NCBI GenBank assembly: GCA_038883775.1
Contig: JAVZLM010000003.1
Coordinates: forward strand, 96,001 to 160,000
Reading direction: 5' to 3'
Source of the DNA: Candidatus Bathyarchaeia archaeon
Lineage (GTDB): Archaea; Thermoproteota; Bathyarchaeia; Bathyarchaeales; Bathycorpusculaceae
DNA: 64,000 nt
Positions within the stretch are counted from its first letter, which is position 1, and every line of letters starts with the position of its first letter. The notes under the pieces are model-generated. The model was given only the letters and a program-made list of their open reading frames with translations. It did no database searches and was not told the DNA's origin. The position numbers were made by a program, and so were the translations under genes. Below, piece after piece: positions 10,172 through 19,947 of this stretch.

Positions 10172-10485
10172 CCATTTTTCATTTTGGATAATGGGAATTT
10201 AAGCTTACCGACTCTGGAAAATCTAGAGGGTAGGGTCCGTATTGGAATAGAAATAGCCTAATAAATGATTAAATTTTTGGGCTAAAACGTTAGTGGTGCA
10301 AGAGAGAAGTTGAAGATGGCATGAAAAAGTTTATTAGTGAGGTGTGTGGTTTCTGTGTTTAGCTCTTATAAATTGGAGACAATTTTTCGGTTGGATGAAC
10401 CAACTGTTGGAGGAAATTAAAAGTTTGAAAAAACCCGCACCACATAATTCCATCCACGCATGTTTAAGGGTAAAACGGCGGGGGT

Positions 10486-13400
10486 TTGTTAAAATTGGCT
10501 GAAATTTCAAGAGAAGACGCAAACCTTTTGTTAAAAGCGTTTTTTAAAGAGAAGGGCTTAGTCCGCCAACATTTAGACTCCTTCAACGAGTTTATTGATC
10601 ATGGCTTGCAAGAAGTTATCGATGAGGTTGGCGAAATTCCAATTGAGGTTCCAGAAAGCCCATACAAAGTTAAGCTTGGACAAGTTTGGATAATAGACCC
10701 ACAAACTCGAATTACTGGTCCGTATACTACGGAAGTTGATGGAACAAAACATGAAATATACCCGATGGAAGCGAGACTGCGAAACTTAACCTATGCGGCT
10801 CCAATCGCCCTAGAAATGACACCAGTTATCGACGGCAGAGAGCAAGACACAGAACTTGTTTACATCGGGAACATTCCAGTGATGCTGAAATCAAAGCTTT
10901 GCTTCTTGTCACAGCTTTCAAGGGATGAGCTAATAGCATGTGGCGAAGATCCAGATGATCCAGGCGGTTATTTCATAGTTAATGGTTCTGAACGTGTTAT
11001 TGTGGCTATGGAGGATTTGGCTCCAAACCGTATAATAGTGGATATTGACGAGAAGGGCGCAACGCCCGTTTACATGGCGAAAATGTTCTCTACAACGGTG
11101 GGTTTCAGAGCAAGAATAGAACTAAAAATGAAGTCGGACGGCGCCATATACGTTTCAATGCCAGGTGTTCCCACAGAAGTTCCAGTTGTCGTGGTAATGC
11201 GTGCTTTAGGTTTAGAATCTGATAAGGAAATAGCTGAAGCTGTTTCGGTGGATAAGGAAATACAACGCGAATTGGAGCCATCCTTTGAAAAGTCTCTAGG
11301 CGTGGACGCGGTGAAAGACGCAATAATTTTCATTGGAAACCGTGTTGCTCACGGTCAGGTTGAGGAATACCGAATACAAAAGGCTGAGGCAATCCTTGAC
11401 AAAAACTTCTTGCCACATATTGGCAGAACCAGCCAAAGCAGAAGGGACAAGGCTTTATTTTTGGGCGAAATGGTTTGCAGAGTAATTGAACTAAAACTTG
11501 GAAGAAGAAACGTAGACGACAAAGACCACTTCAAAAACAAGCGCCTCAGACTTGCTGGTCCGCTTCTTGCAGACCTCTTCAGAGTAGCCTTCAGAAACCT
11601 TGTGAGAGACATAAAATATCAGCTTGAGCGCATAGGCGTTAAAGGACCAATAATAACGGTTTCTGCGGCTGTGCGTCCAGGAATAATTACGGAAAGGCTT
11701 CAGCATGCCCTTGCCACTGGAAACTGGGGAAGGGGAAGAGTTGGCGTAACCCAGCTTTTGGATAGGACAAACCACATTTCAACATTAAGCCATTTGCGCA
11801 GACTCCAATCGCCCCTAAGCCGAAGTCAGCCAAACTTTGAGGCAAGAGATTTGCATCCAACCCATTGGGGACGCTTATGCCCAAACGAAACCCCAGAAGG
11901 CTCCAATTGTGGGCTTGTAAAGAATTTAGCCCTTTCAGCATGCATTTCTGTCGGTGTCAACCCTGAAAAAATAAGGCAGGTCCTATTCAGCATGGGTGTA
12001 ATATCTGTTTATGAAGCAAACGAAGCCATCAAACTTTCTGGAGCCAAAGTTTTCGTTGATGGAAACCTCATTGGATATTGTAACTCTCCAGATGATTTAA
12101 CACGAGAATTTAGGGAAAGACGAAGAAGGGGTGAAATTTCAACAGAAGTTAACATTGCCCATTTCTCCAAAGTTCATGGGGAAAGAGATGAGGTATACAT
12201 AAATTGTGATGAGGGAAGGGTTAGGAGACCCCTCATAATAGTTGAGGATAGCGTTCCAAAACTTCAGCGGGAACATGTGGAGAAAATTGCTTCTGGAGAA
12301 TGGTCTTGGGAAGACTTAGTTAAAAACGGCATAATCGAATATTTGGATGCTGAAGAAGAAGAAAACGCCTATGTAGCCATAAGCCTCGACAAAATCACTC
12401 CAGAACACACACATGTGGAAATTGCAACCTACACAATTCTTGGCATTTGCGCGTCCACAATCCCCTATGCAGAACATAACCAGTCACCCCGCAACTCTTA
12501 CCAAGCGGCAATGGCGAAACAAGCCTTAGGAGTTTATGCTACAAACTTTAACCAACGCGTAGACTCCCGCTCTCACATTCTTCATTATCCGCAAACACCA
12601 CTGGTTGAAACGGCTTTGATGGATATTATGGGGTATAAGCTTCGTCCTTCGGGACAAAATTGCATAGTAGCTGTATTATCCTATGAAGGCTATAATATGG
12701 AAGACGCCCTAATCTTCAACAAAGCCTCAATTGAAAGGGGTTTGGGGCGCTCAACTTTTTATAGAATTTATGAGGCAGAATGTCGCCAATACTTGGGAGG
12801 ATTAAAGGACAAATTTGTTTTGCCAGAACCTGGAACCCGCGGTTTTAGAGGAGAACAGTATTATAGGCTTCTTGAGCCTGATGGCATAATAAGTTTGGAG
12901 GCAAGCGTTGCTGGTGGAGACGTTTTAATTGGCAGAATTAGTCCGCCACGGTTTATTGAGGAATATAAGGAGTTTGAGGTGAAAGGTCCCTCCATGCGGG
13001 ACACGTCTGTGGACATGCGTCCTTCGGAGACTGGAATTGTGGATGCTGTCTTCTTAACAGAATCGGGAGAAGGAAGCAAACTTGTGAAAGTTCGCGTTAG
13101 AGACCAACGCATTCCAGAATTGGGCGACAAGTTTGCCTCCCGCCATGGACAAAAGGGCGTTATAGGATTGATTGTTCCACAGGAGGATATGCCCTTCACA
13201 GAAGACGGAATAGTTCCAGACATGATAATTAATCCCCACGCTATTCCATCAAGAATGACTATTGGACACTTTATGGAGTCTTTGGCTGGAAAGGTTGCTG
13301 CCATGCGTGGCAAACCAGTAGACGGTACACCCTTCACTAACGAAAAGTCTGAGGAACTTAGAAAAGCGCTAATCCAGTTGGGCTTTAGCCACACTGGAAG

Positions 13401-13860
13401 CGAAGTTTTCTATAATGGGGTTACTGGCGAAAAATTTGTTGCAGACATTTTTGTTGGAATTGTTTATTATCAAAAGTTGCATCACATGGTTGCCGACAAA
13501 ATCCATGCTAGAGCCAGAGGACAAGTTCAGATGCTGACGAGACAGCCAACAGAGGGGCGGGCACGGGGTGGAGGCTTAAGGTTCGGCGAGATGGAGCGTG
13601 ACTGCCTAATCGGGCATGGAGCTGCAATGCTATTGCGAGATAGGCTTTTGGAGGAGTCGGATAAATATACGCTTTATGTTTGTGAAAACTGCGGTTACAT
13701 AGCCTACTACGACATGAAACAGAGAAAATACATATGCAGAGTGTGCGAAGACAAGGCGAAAATTTCCCCAGTGGTGGTTTCCTACGCCTTCAAACTTCTC
13801 CTTCAAGAGTTAATGAGTCTTTGCATAGCTCCAAAATTAAAGCTTAAGGAGAGGGCATAA
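10486..13860 (+). CDS. rpoB: RNA polymerase subunit B (unsplit Rpo2)
   Basis: GYFIVNGSER, CPNETPEG, GYNMED, GDKFASRHGQKG, GLRFGEMERD, C-terminal Zn finger. Confidence 0.98.
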   Translation: MLKLAEISREDANLLLKAFFKEKGLVRQHLDSFNEFIDHGLQEVIDEVGEIPIEVPESPYKVKLGQVWIIDPQTRITGPYTTEVDGTKHEIYPMEARLRNLTYAAPIALEMTPVIDGREQDTELVYIGNIPVMLKSKLCFLSQLSRDELIACGEDPDDPGGYFIVNGSERVIVAMEDLAPNRIIVDIDEKGATPVYMAKMFSTTVGFRARIELKMKSDGAIYVSMPGVPTEVPVVVVMRALGLESDKEIAEAVSVDKEIQRELEPSFEKSLGVDAVKDAIIFIGNRVAHGQVEEYRIQKAEAILDKNFLPHIGRTSQSRRDKALFLGEMVCRVIELKLGRRNVDDKDHFKNKRLRLAGPLLADLFRVAFRNLVRDIKYQLERIGVKGPIITVSAAVRPGIITERLQHALATGNWGRGRVGVTQLLDRTNHISTLSHLRRLQSPLSRSQPNFEARDLHPTHWGRLCPNETPEGSNCGLVKNLALSACISVGVNPEKIRQVLFSMGVISVYEANEAIKLSGAKVFVDGNLIGYCNSPDDLTREFRERRRRGEISTEVNIAHFSKVHGERDEVYINCDEGRVRRPLIIVEDSVPKLQREHVEKIASGEWSWEDLVKNGIIEYLDAEEEENAYVAISLDKITPEHTHVEIATYTILGICASTIPYAEHNQSPRNSYQAAMAKQALGVYATNFNQRVDSRSHILHYPQTPLVETALMDIMGYKLRPSGQNCIVAVLSYEGYNMEDALIFNKASIERGLGRSTFYRIYEAECRQYLGGLKDKFVLPEPGTRGFRGEQYYRLLEPDGIISLEASVAGGDVLIGRISPPRFIEEYKEFEVKGPSMRDTSVDMRPSETGIVDAVFLTESGEGSKLVKVRVRDQRIPELGDKFASRHGQKGVIGLIVPQEDMPFTEDGIVPDMIINPHAIPSRMTIGHFMESLAGKVAAMRGKPVDGTPFTNEKSEELRKALIQLGFSHTGSEVFYNGVTGEKFVADIFVGIVYYQKLHHMVADKIHARARGQVQMLTRQPTEGRARGGGLRFGEMERDCLIGHGAAMLLRDRLLEESDKYTLYVCENCGYIAYYDMKQRKYICRVCEDKAKISPVVVSYAFKLLLQELMSLCIAPKLKLKERA

Positions 13861-13861
13861 A

Positions 13862-16800
13862 ATGGCTGCTGAAGAAGTAGTTCACAAAGTTATAGACGGC
13901 ATCCATTTCAGCTTATTCTCTCCCCAAGATGTGCGCAAACTTTCAGTTGTGGAAATTCAAACGCCAGACACTTATGATGAAGATGGCGCCCCAATAACAG
14001 CGGGACTTATGGACGGCAGGCTTGGAACTCTTGAGCCGAGACAAAGATGCAAAACATGTGGAAACACGGCAATCCGCTGTCCGGGGCATTTCGGTCATAT
14101 CGAGCTTGCGGTTCCAATAATCCACATTGAATTCACAAAACTAATCTATGAACTTTTAAAATCCACATGCCGCAACTGTGGGCGCATATTGCTTCCAGAC
14201 GAAACCATAAAGCGGGCTCGAGCCAGAATCGAGAAGACCCGTCAACTTTTGGGCATGGTTCCAGACGAAGTTTACAAATCCATAACGCAAGAAATAAAGA
14301 CGAAACAGTGCCCCCATTGTGGAGCAGTTCAATATAAAATAGTTTTTGAAAAACCAACAAAATTCAGTGAGCAAATTCCCGAAAGCGGTTCAGAACCATT
14401 AACGCCAAGCATGATTAGGGAAAGAATGGAGCGCATACCAGACGAGGACCTTGAAATTTTAGGTTTCAATCCAAAAGCAGCCCGTCCAGAATGGATGATT
14501 CTTCAAGTTTTGCCCGTGCCACCAGTTTACGTTCGCCCATCCATAACGCTGGAATCTGGCATTCGTTCAGAGGATGATTTAACCCACAAACTTGTGGACA
14601 TAATCCGCATCAATCAGAGGCTTAAGGAGAACATGGATGCTGGCGCTCCAACCCTTATAATTCAAGACTTGTCAGAACTTCTGCAATATCACGTTACAAC
14701 ATACTTCAACAATGAAGCTTCAGGCATACCGCCGGCAAGGCATCGCTCTGGAAGGGCATTGAAAACGTTATCTCAAAGGCTTAAGGGAAAAGAAGGCAGA
14801 TTCAGAAGCAACCTCTCTGGAAAAAGGGTTGACTTTTCAGCCAGAACAGTTGTTTCTCCAGACCCAAACCTTGACATAAGCGAAGTTGGCGTCCCCATAG
14901 AAGTTGCCATGCGCCTATCCGTGCCAGAAAAAGTAACAGAATGGAACCTTGAAGACATGCGCCAACTTGTTAAAAATGGACCAGAAAAATATCCAGGCGC
15001 CCTCTACATTATAAGACCAGACGGCAAGCGCATAAGACTTGAATTTGTAACTGACAGGGAAAAGATTGCAGAAGCTTTAATGCCAGGATTCATTGTTGAA
15101 AGACACCTCAAGAATGGTGACATAGCCATATTTAACCGTCAACCTTCCCTCCACCGCATGTCAATAATGGCTCACCGCGTCCGTGTCTTGCCATACAAAA
15201 CGTTTCGCTTGCACTTGTGTGTTTGTCCACCCTACAATGCGGATTTTGATGGAGACGAAATGAACCTTCACATTCCGCAGAGCGAAGAAGCCAGAACAGA
15301 AGCGCTTCTGCTGATGCAGGTTCAAGACCAAATTCTTTCGCCAAGATTTGGAGGTCCAATAATAGGAGCCATCCGAGACTTCATAACAGCCGCATATCTC
15401 TTCACAAGGAAAACAAACTACCTAACAAAAGAGGAAGTAAGCAGGCTTCTCATGGCAGCCGGCTATGATGGACCCCTACCAGAGCCCAAAATTAAAGAGC
15501 CCCAGCCGCTTTGGACTGGCAAACAAATTTTCAGTCTCTTCTTGCCAAAGGATATGAATTACGTTTTGAAGGCAAACATTTGCCAGGGATGCGCAAAATG
15601 TGAAGAAGAAAACTGTAAGTATGATGCTTATGTTGTTGTTAAAAATGGCGAACTCATAAGCGGCGTCATAGATAGGCGTTCCATAGGCGCTGAACAATCA
15701 GAAAGCCTCTTGCACAGGATAATTAAAGATTATGGAACCCAAGCGGGACGCGAATTCCTAAACAAAATAACAAGACTGTTAAAGCTTTTCATCACCATGC
15801 GAGGCTTCACATACTCCTACGATGAGCTTGTCTTATCCTCCAAAGCTGAAAGCAAAATAAACAAAACCATGGAAAAAGTTCAAAAGAAAGTAGAAGAGCT
15901 TATAGAAAGCTACCGTAAAGGCACATTACCAAGGCTTCCTGGACAAACCCTAGAAGACTCCTTTGAAATTTATGTCATGAACGAGCTTGCAAAAGCCAGG
16001 GATGATGCTGGAAAAATTGCTGACGAAGACTTCACATTGGAAAATGCTGGCATAGTCATGACAAGAACAGGCGCAAGAGGTTCAAGCCTAAACATTGGAC
16101 AAATGAGCGCCTGCATTGGGCAACAGTCAGTTCGTGGAAAAAGAATACTTCGCGGATATGTGGGTAGAGCCTTACCCCACTTTAAGTTTGGCGACCCAAG
16201 CCCAAAGGCGAGGGGTTTCGTTTACTCTTCATACCAGAAGGGATTAGATGCCATTGAATTCTTCTTCCATGCCATGGGTGGACGAGAAGGCTTGGTGGAC
16301 ACAGCTGTTAGAACACAACAAAGCGGTTACATGCAAAGGCGACTCATTAACGCTTTGGAGCACATACGCCTAGAATATGACGGAACAGTTAGAAACTCGG
16401 CAGGCGACATAATCCAATTTAGATATGGCGAAGATGGGGTTGACCCAGCCAAAAGCGACCATGGAAAAGCCGTTAACGTAAGCCGCCTAGTAGAACAGTT
16501 CAAAATTGCAGAAGAAAAGGGCAAACCAGCCCCAGCAGAATATATTAAAGAAAAGCTGGAAGAGGTCAAAGACCAGCTTACACCATTGCTCATAGAAGAA
16601 CTCCAACAAAGCCTAGCCAAGGCAAAACTGAGCAAGGCAGGCGTTGACAAAGCCATCCAACTAACCGTTGAACATTATAAGCGTGCCCTAATGGAGCCAG
16701 GCGAAGCCGTTGGCATAGTAGCAGCCCAATCTATCGGAGAACCAGGCACACAAATGACCTTAAGAACCTTCCATTATGCTGGTGTTAGAGAACAAAACGT

Positions 16801-17683
16801 AACCTTAGGTTTGCCGAGGCTTATAGAAATTGTTGATGCGAGGAGAATTCCTTCCACACCCATAATGACAATTTACCTAACAGGCGAACATAAGAAAAGC
16901 AGAGAAGCGGCAGTGAAAATTGCGCGAAACATCCTTTACACAACTCTGGAGGATTTGGCTGAAACCGTTTATGAAGACCCCATGCATGAGGAAATAGTTG
17001 TGGAGCTTAACAAGGCAATGATGGAAGACCGAGGCGTTTCAATTCAAGAGTTGAAAGAGAAACTGCAGATACAAAACTGCACCATAAAAATAAGGGGTAA
17101 CAGAATCCACATAAAGCCAAAAAAGGCCGAAGCCCTCAAGAAACTTTTAGACAAAGTTTCCTCATTCTATATTAAGGGAATTCCAGGCATAAAGCGGGTT
17201 TTAATCACAGAAGAACATGGAGAATGGGTTATACGCACCGACGGTTCCAATCTGCCAAAAGTCTTAGAAATCGGCGGAGTAGACACATCCAGAACAACAA
17301 CAAACAATGTTCATGAAATAGCCAAAACCTTAGGAATAGAAGCCGCCAGAAACGCCCTAATCCACGAGTCAAAAGGAGTATTGGAAGACCAAGGTTTGGA
17401 TGTTGACATCCGCCACGTCATGCTTGTTGCTGACATGATGACATCCACTGGCGAGGTGCAACAGATAGGGCGCCACGGAATAAGCGGCAAAAAATCAAGT
17501 GTTCTGGCTAGGGCTGCCTTTGAGATAACTGTTCCAAACATTGTTGATGCAGCTATAAAAGGCGAAAGTGACCCCTTAGAAGGCGTTACCGAAAACGTTA
17601 TTGTTGGGCAATCCATACCTATCGGCACGGGACTTGTTGAATTATTCATGTCCACGGTGGACTTGGGAAGTGAGAACAAATGA
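13862..17683 (+). CDS. rpoA1: RNA polymerase largest subunit, fused A'+A'' (Rpo1)
   Basis: CPGHFGH, NADFDGD catalytic motif, and the A'' region (SIGEPGTQMTL, RAAFE) in one 1273-aa ORF. Confidence 0.98.
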   Translation: MAAEEVVHKVIDGIHFSLFSPQDVRKLSVVEIQTPDTYDEDGAPITAGLMDGRLGTLEPRQRCKTCGNTAIRCPGHFGHIELAVPIIHIEFTKLIYELLKSTCRNCGRILLPDETIKRARARIEKTRQLLGMVPDEVYKSITQEIKTKQCPHCGAVQYKIVFEKPTKFSEQIPESGSEPLTPSMIRERMERIPDEDLEILGFNPKAARPEWMILQVLPVPPVYVRPSITLESGIRSEDDLTHKLVDIIRINQRLKENMDAGAPTLIIQDLSELLQYHVTTYFNNEASGIPPARHRSGRALKTLSQRLKGKEGRFRSNLSGKRVDFSARTVVSPDPNLDISEVGVPIEVAMRLSVPEKVTEWNLEDMRQLVKNGPEKYPGALYIIRPDGKRIRLEFVTDREKIAEALMPGFIVERHLKNGDIAIFNRQPSLHRMSIMAHRVRVLPYKTFRLHLCVCPPYNADFDGDEMNLHIPQSEEARTEALLLMQVQDQILSPRFGGPIIGAIRDFITAAYLFTRKTNYLTKEEVSRLLMAAGYDGPLPEPKIKEPQPLWTGKQIFSLFLPKDMNYVLKANICQGCAKCEEENCKYDAYVVVKNGELISGVIDRRSIGAEQSESLLHRIIKDYGTQAGREFLNKITRLLKLFITMRGFTYSYDELVLSSKAESKINKTMEKVQKKVEELIESYRKGTLPRLPGQTLEDSFEIYVMNELAKARDDAGKIADEDFTLENAGIVMTRTGARGSSLNIGQMSACIGQQSVRGKRILRGYVGRALPHFKFGDPSPKARGFVYSSYQKGLDAIEFFFHAMGGREGLVDTAVRTQQSGYMQRRLINALEHIRLEYDGTVRNSAGDIIQFRYGEDGVDPAKSDHGKAVNVSRLVEQFKIAEEKGKPAPAEYIKEKLEEVKDQLTPLLIEELQQSLAKAKLSKAGVDKAIQLTVEHYKRALMEPGEAVGIVAAQSIGEPGTQMTLRTFHYAGVREQNVTLGLPRLIEIVDARRIPSTPIMTIYLTGEHKKSREAAVKIARNILYTTLEDLAETVYEDPMHEEIVVELNKAMMEDRGVSIQELKEKLQIQNCTIKIRGNRIHIKPKKAEALKKLLDKVSSFYIKGIPGIKRVLITEEHGEWVIRTDGSNLPKVLEIGGVDTSRTTTNNVHEIAKTLGIEAARNALIHESKGVLEDQGLDVDIRHVMLVADMMTSTGEVQQIGRHGISGKKSSVLARAAFEITVPNIVDAAIKGESDPLEGVTENVIVGQSIPIGTGLVELFMSTVDLGSENK

Positions 17684-18015
17684 TAGACTTGGATAAGGCT
17701 ATTGCAACAGCCGTAAAAACTGGCAAAGTAACCTTCGGAGCGAATGCCGCCATCCAAAACGCAAAAACTGGCAAAGCAAAAATGATAATTTTAGCTGCCA
17801 ACTGCCCCAAAACAATACGAGAGGACATTGAATATTATTGTAAGCTTTCAAATGTTCCCCTAATAACATATAAGGGTTCATCCTTAGATTTGGCTTCAAT
17901 TTGTGGAAAACCCTTCACAGTTTCAGCGTTAAGTATAAGAGAACCCGGCGACTCAGAAATTCTCGAACTAACACAAAGCGCTGAATCAGAAGAAACTCAC
18001 GGAGGAAACGAATGA
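17680..18015 (+). CDS. rpl30e: 50S ribosomal protein L30e
   Basis: KTGKVTFG, LAANCP, CGKPF, PGDSEI; conserved position in the operon. Confidence 0.95.
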   Translation: MIDLDKAIATAVKTGKVTFGANAAIQNAKTGKAKMIILAANCPKTIREDIEYYCKLSNVPLITYKGSSLDLASICGKPFTVSALSIREPGDSEILELTQSAESEETHGGNE

Positions 18016-18449
18016 CAAGCGGAATAAAATTCACAAGCACAGAAATGCGCTACATAGCATTGTTTGAAAGCATAACAGGCGCAAGCGTCAAAGACTGCGT
18101 AGTAGACGAAGAACAGGGACGCGTAATTTTCATAGTTAATGAAGGGCAAGTTGGCGTAGCCATAGGAAAGGGTGGAAGAAACATCCGCACATTAGAGAGA
18201 ATGACTGGGAAAAAGCATGAAATAATAGAGTATTCAGAAGACCCAATCCAATTTATTAAAAACGCCCTAAAACCAGCAACCGTCAAAGAGGTTCGCCTAA
18301 CAGAAAGGCCAGACGGAAAAACCATAGCCGTAGTCTCCGTAAATCCAAGAGACAAAGGAGTAGCCATAGGCAAAAATGGAAGAAACGCCGAGCGCTTGCG
18401 CTTTTTAGCCAAAAGATACTTCCAAATCCAAAACGTTAGCATAACCTAA
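18012..18449 (+). CDS. nusA: Archaeal NusA
   Basis: Two KH GxxG loops (AIGKGG, AIGKNG); follows L30e. Confidence 0.95.
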   Translation: MTSGIKFTSTEMRYIALFESITGASVKDCVVDEEQGRVIFIVNEGQVGVAIGKGGRNIRTLERMTGKKHEIIEYSEDPIQFIKNALKPATVKEVRLTERPDGKTIAVVSVNPRDKGVAIGKNGRNAERLRFLAKRYFQIQNVSIT

Positions 18450-18459
18450 GTGGTTGAAC

Positions 18460-18561
18460 ATGGAGTTTATAGACCAATTTATCGGCAGCCCCCTCCTAAT
18501 TCTCACAGCATTCATAGTTATCGATTTGATAGCCTTCATCTACCATAAAATAAGAAAATAG
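18460..18561 (+). CDS. Small single-TM peptide (33 aa; not in the ORF track)
   Basis: Manual translation MEFIDQFIGSPLLILTAFIVIDLIAFIYHKIRK, starting 10 nt after nusA. Confidence 0.45.
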   Translation: MEFIDQFIGSPLLILTAFIVIDLIAFIYHKIRK

Positions 18562-18565
18562 CACA

Positions 18566-19147
18566 TCATGTTTCTGTTCTCAAAAGCAACTCTATAAGCG
18601 CCTTCTGGTCAACTTCTGCCCGTGTTCTCCAATCCAAATATAGCTGCTCATTCTCATCCTGCGTTAAATATCCATAACGGATATAACGGTCAATGTTTAA
18701 GCCCACTTTCCATCCCGGAAGTTTATCCCGCAATAGTTCTTCAACCTCTTTTCTTGGCACTTTGCCCTTTTTTGATATTATGTAGGCGATTGTTATGGCT
18801 AACCCTGCCAAATCGTCTATGCGCCATCCTATCATTTTAGCCTCTTTAGGCGTCAAATCCCCCCTTAAAGTGATGTAGAATCTCGCCTTATCCAAATCCT
18901 CCAAAGTTGGCTTTTCCACAGCCTTTTCCTCTTCAAAAACAGTCTTAACCTGCAAATCCAAAACCTTCAAATAATCATCCAAAATCTTCAAAACTTTTGG
19001 ATAATCTGCGCCTAAGGCTTTGCGGAGCTCCCAGCCTTTCACTCCAGGCTTTTTATGTCTTCTATAAAAGAGCATGTGGACTGCCCGTTTTATTTTGCTT
19101 GCGTAATAGCCCTTTCTTTTACTCACTTTAGCTCTCCCCTCTTCCAC
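18566..19147 (-). CDS. KITE-like tandem winged-helix SMC subunit (ScpB/Nse1/Nse3-like)
   Basis: Two WH-like halves; C-terminal YLDWRTRAEV recalls the MAGE/Nse W.PRA..E motif; operon context. Confidence 0.6.
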   Translation of the reverse strand: MEEGRAKVSKRKGYYASKIKRAVHMLFYRRHKKPGVKGWELRKALGADYPKVLKILDDYLKVLDLQVKTVFEEEKAVEKPTLEDLDKARFYITLRGDLTPKEAKMIGWRIDDLAGLAITIAYIISKKGKVPRKEVEELLRDKLPGWKVGLNIDRYIRYGYLTQDENEQLYLDWRTRAEVDQKALIELLLRTET

Positions 19148-19947
19148 TTCGCCCAGTCTTCTGGCGAGACAGTTATGGGAATCGAAACCAACTGTTTCTT
19201 TCTAATTTTTGTTACGGGTTTTTCGTTTGGTTTTATGAAAATTTCCTCTTCCAGTGGGTGAATCTCCAATGTGGCGTATCCATATGTGACTAGGAAACTT
19301 GTCAAAAAGGCTCTATGTACTGTTTCCTCGTAGGTTTCAGCTCCAACAAAATCCCAATAATGAATTTTTCCCTTTTCTCCAACCTTAACTTTCAGTTCCT
19401 GCCAGAAATTTTCAAGCTCCTCTGAAAAGGCTTTGTCCCGCAAAATTCTCTGCCTAATCAGTTCTTCTCTTGTTGCAAGGCTTTTTTCAACTTCTGCTGG
19501 CGGAAAACCCTTCCACCTTTCTTTTAGCGGTAATAAGCTTTGCCAATATCTTGTGGCTTCTGCTATGCTGTGAAGCGAAATTTGCTCCATCTCCACTATT
19601 GGATGCCAAGCCAAGAGGAAAGCGTCAACAATCTCTTCCTTATCTATGCGTGTAAGCTTCTCTTCCAATAGGAATGGGTCCGTATAAAGGGATGTGGAGC
19701 GATGCTTAACCCATTCACTTTGAAGTTTTATAACAGAAGCTAAACGATGTATTGTTTCAGCGTCTAAGCATAGATCTTCTGGATTTTCCCACTCTGGAAA
19801 ATACTCCTTAACTATACCTATTATTTCTTCAACATTTATTAGAAACGGGTCCAGAGAGCGTTCTTCCACAGACTTGCACATTTCTATTATGCGGTGAAGT
19901 TTTTCTCTTCCAATTTTGCTTCGCTCTCTTTTTGATTGTTTCTGCAT
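19123..19947 (-). CDS. Kleisin-like SMC subunit (ScpA/Nse4-like)
   Basis: N-terminal LDPFLINV...LASVIKLQS resembles the ScpA N-helix; C-terminal WH FLTSFLVTYGYATLE...EIFI; coupled to the SMC gene. Confidence 0.65.
   Translation of the reverse strand: MQKQSKRERSKIGREKLHRIIEMCKSVEERSLDPFLINVEEIIGIVKEYFPEWENPEDLCLDAETIHRLASVIKLQSEWVKHRSTSLYTDPFLLEEKLTRIDKEEIVDAFLLAWHPIVEMEQISLHSIAEATRYWQSLLPLKERWKGFPPAEVEKSLATREELIRQRILRDKAFSEELENFWQELKVKVGEKGKIHYWDFVGAETYEETVHRAFLTSFLVTYGYATLEIHPLEEEIFIKPNEKPVTKIRKKQLVSIPITVSPEDWAKWKRGELK

Noticed and set aside
10010-10261. 83-aa ORF on the + strand
   Set aside because: It is antisense to tRNA-Leu and therefore spurious.
13862-17683. Fused Rpo1 as a novelty
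   Set aside because: Already known in Thaumarchaeota and related lineages; useful only as a taxonomic marker.
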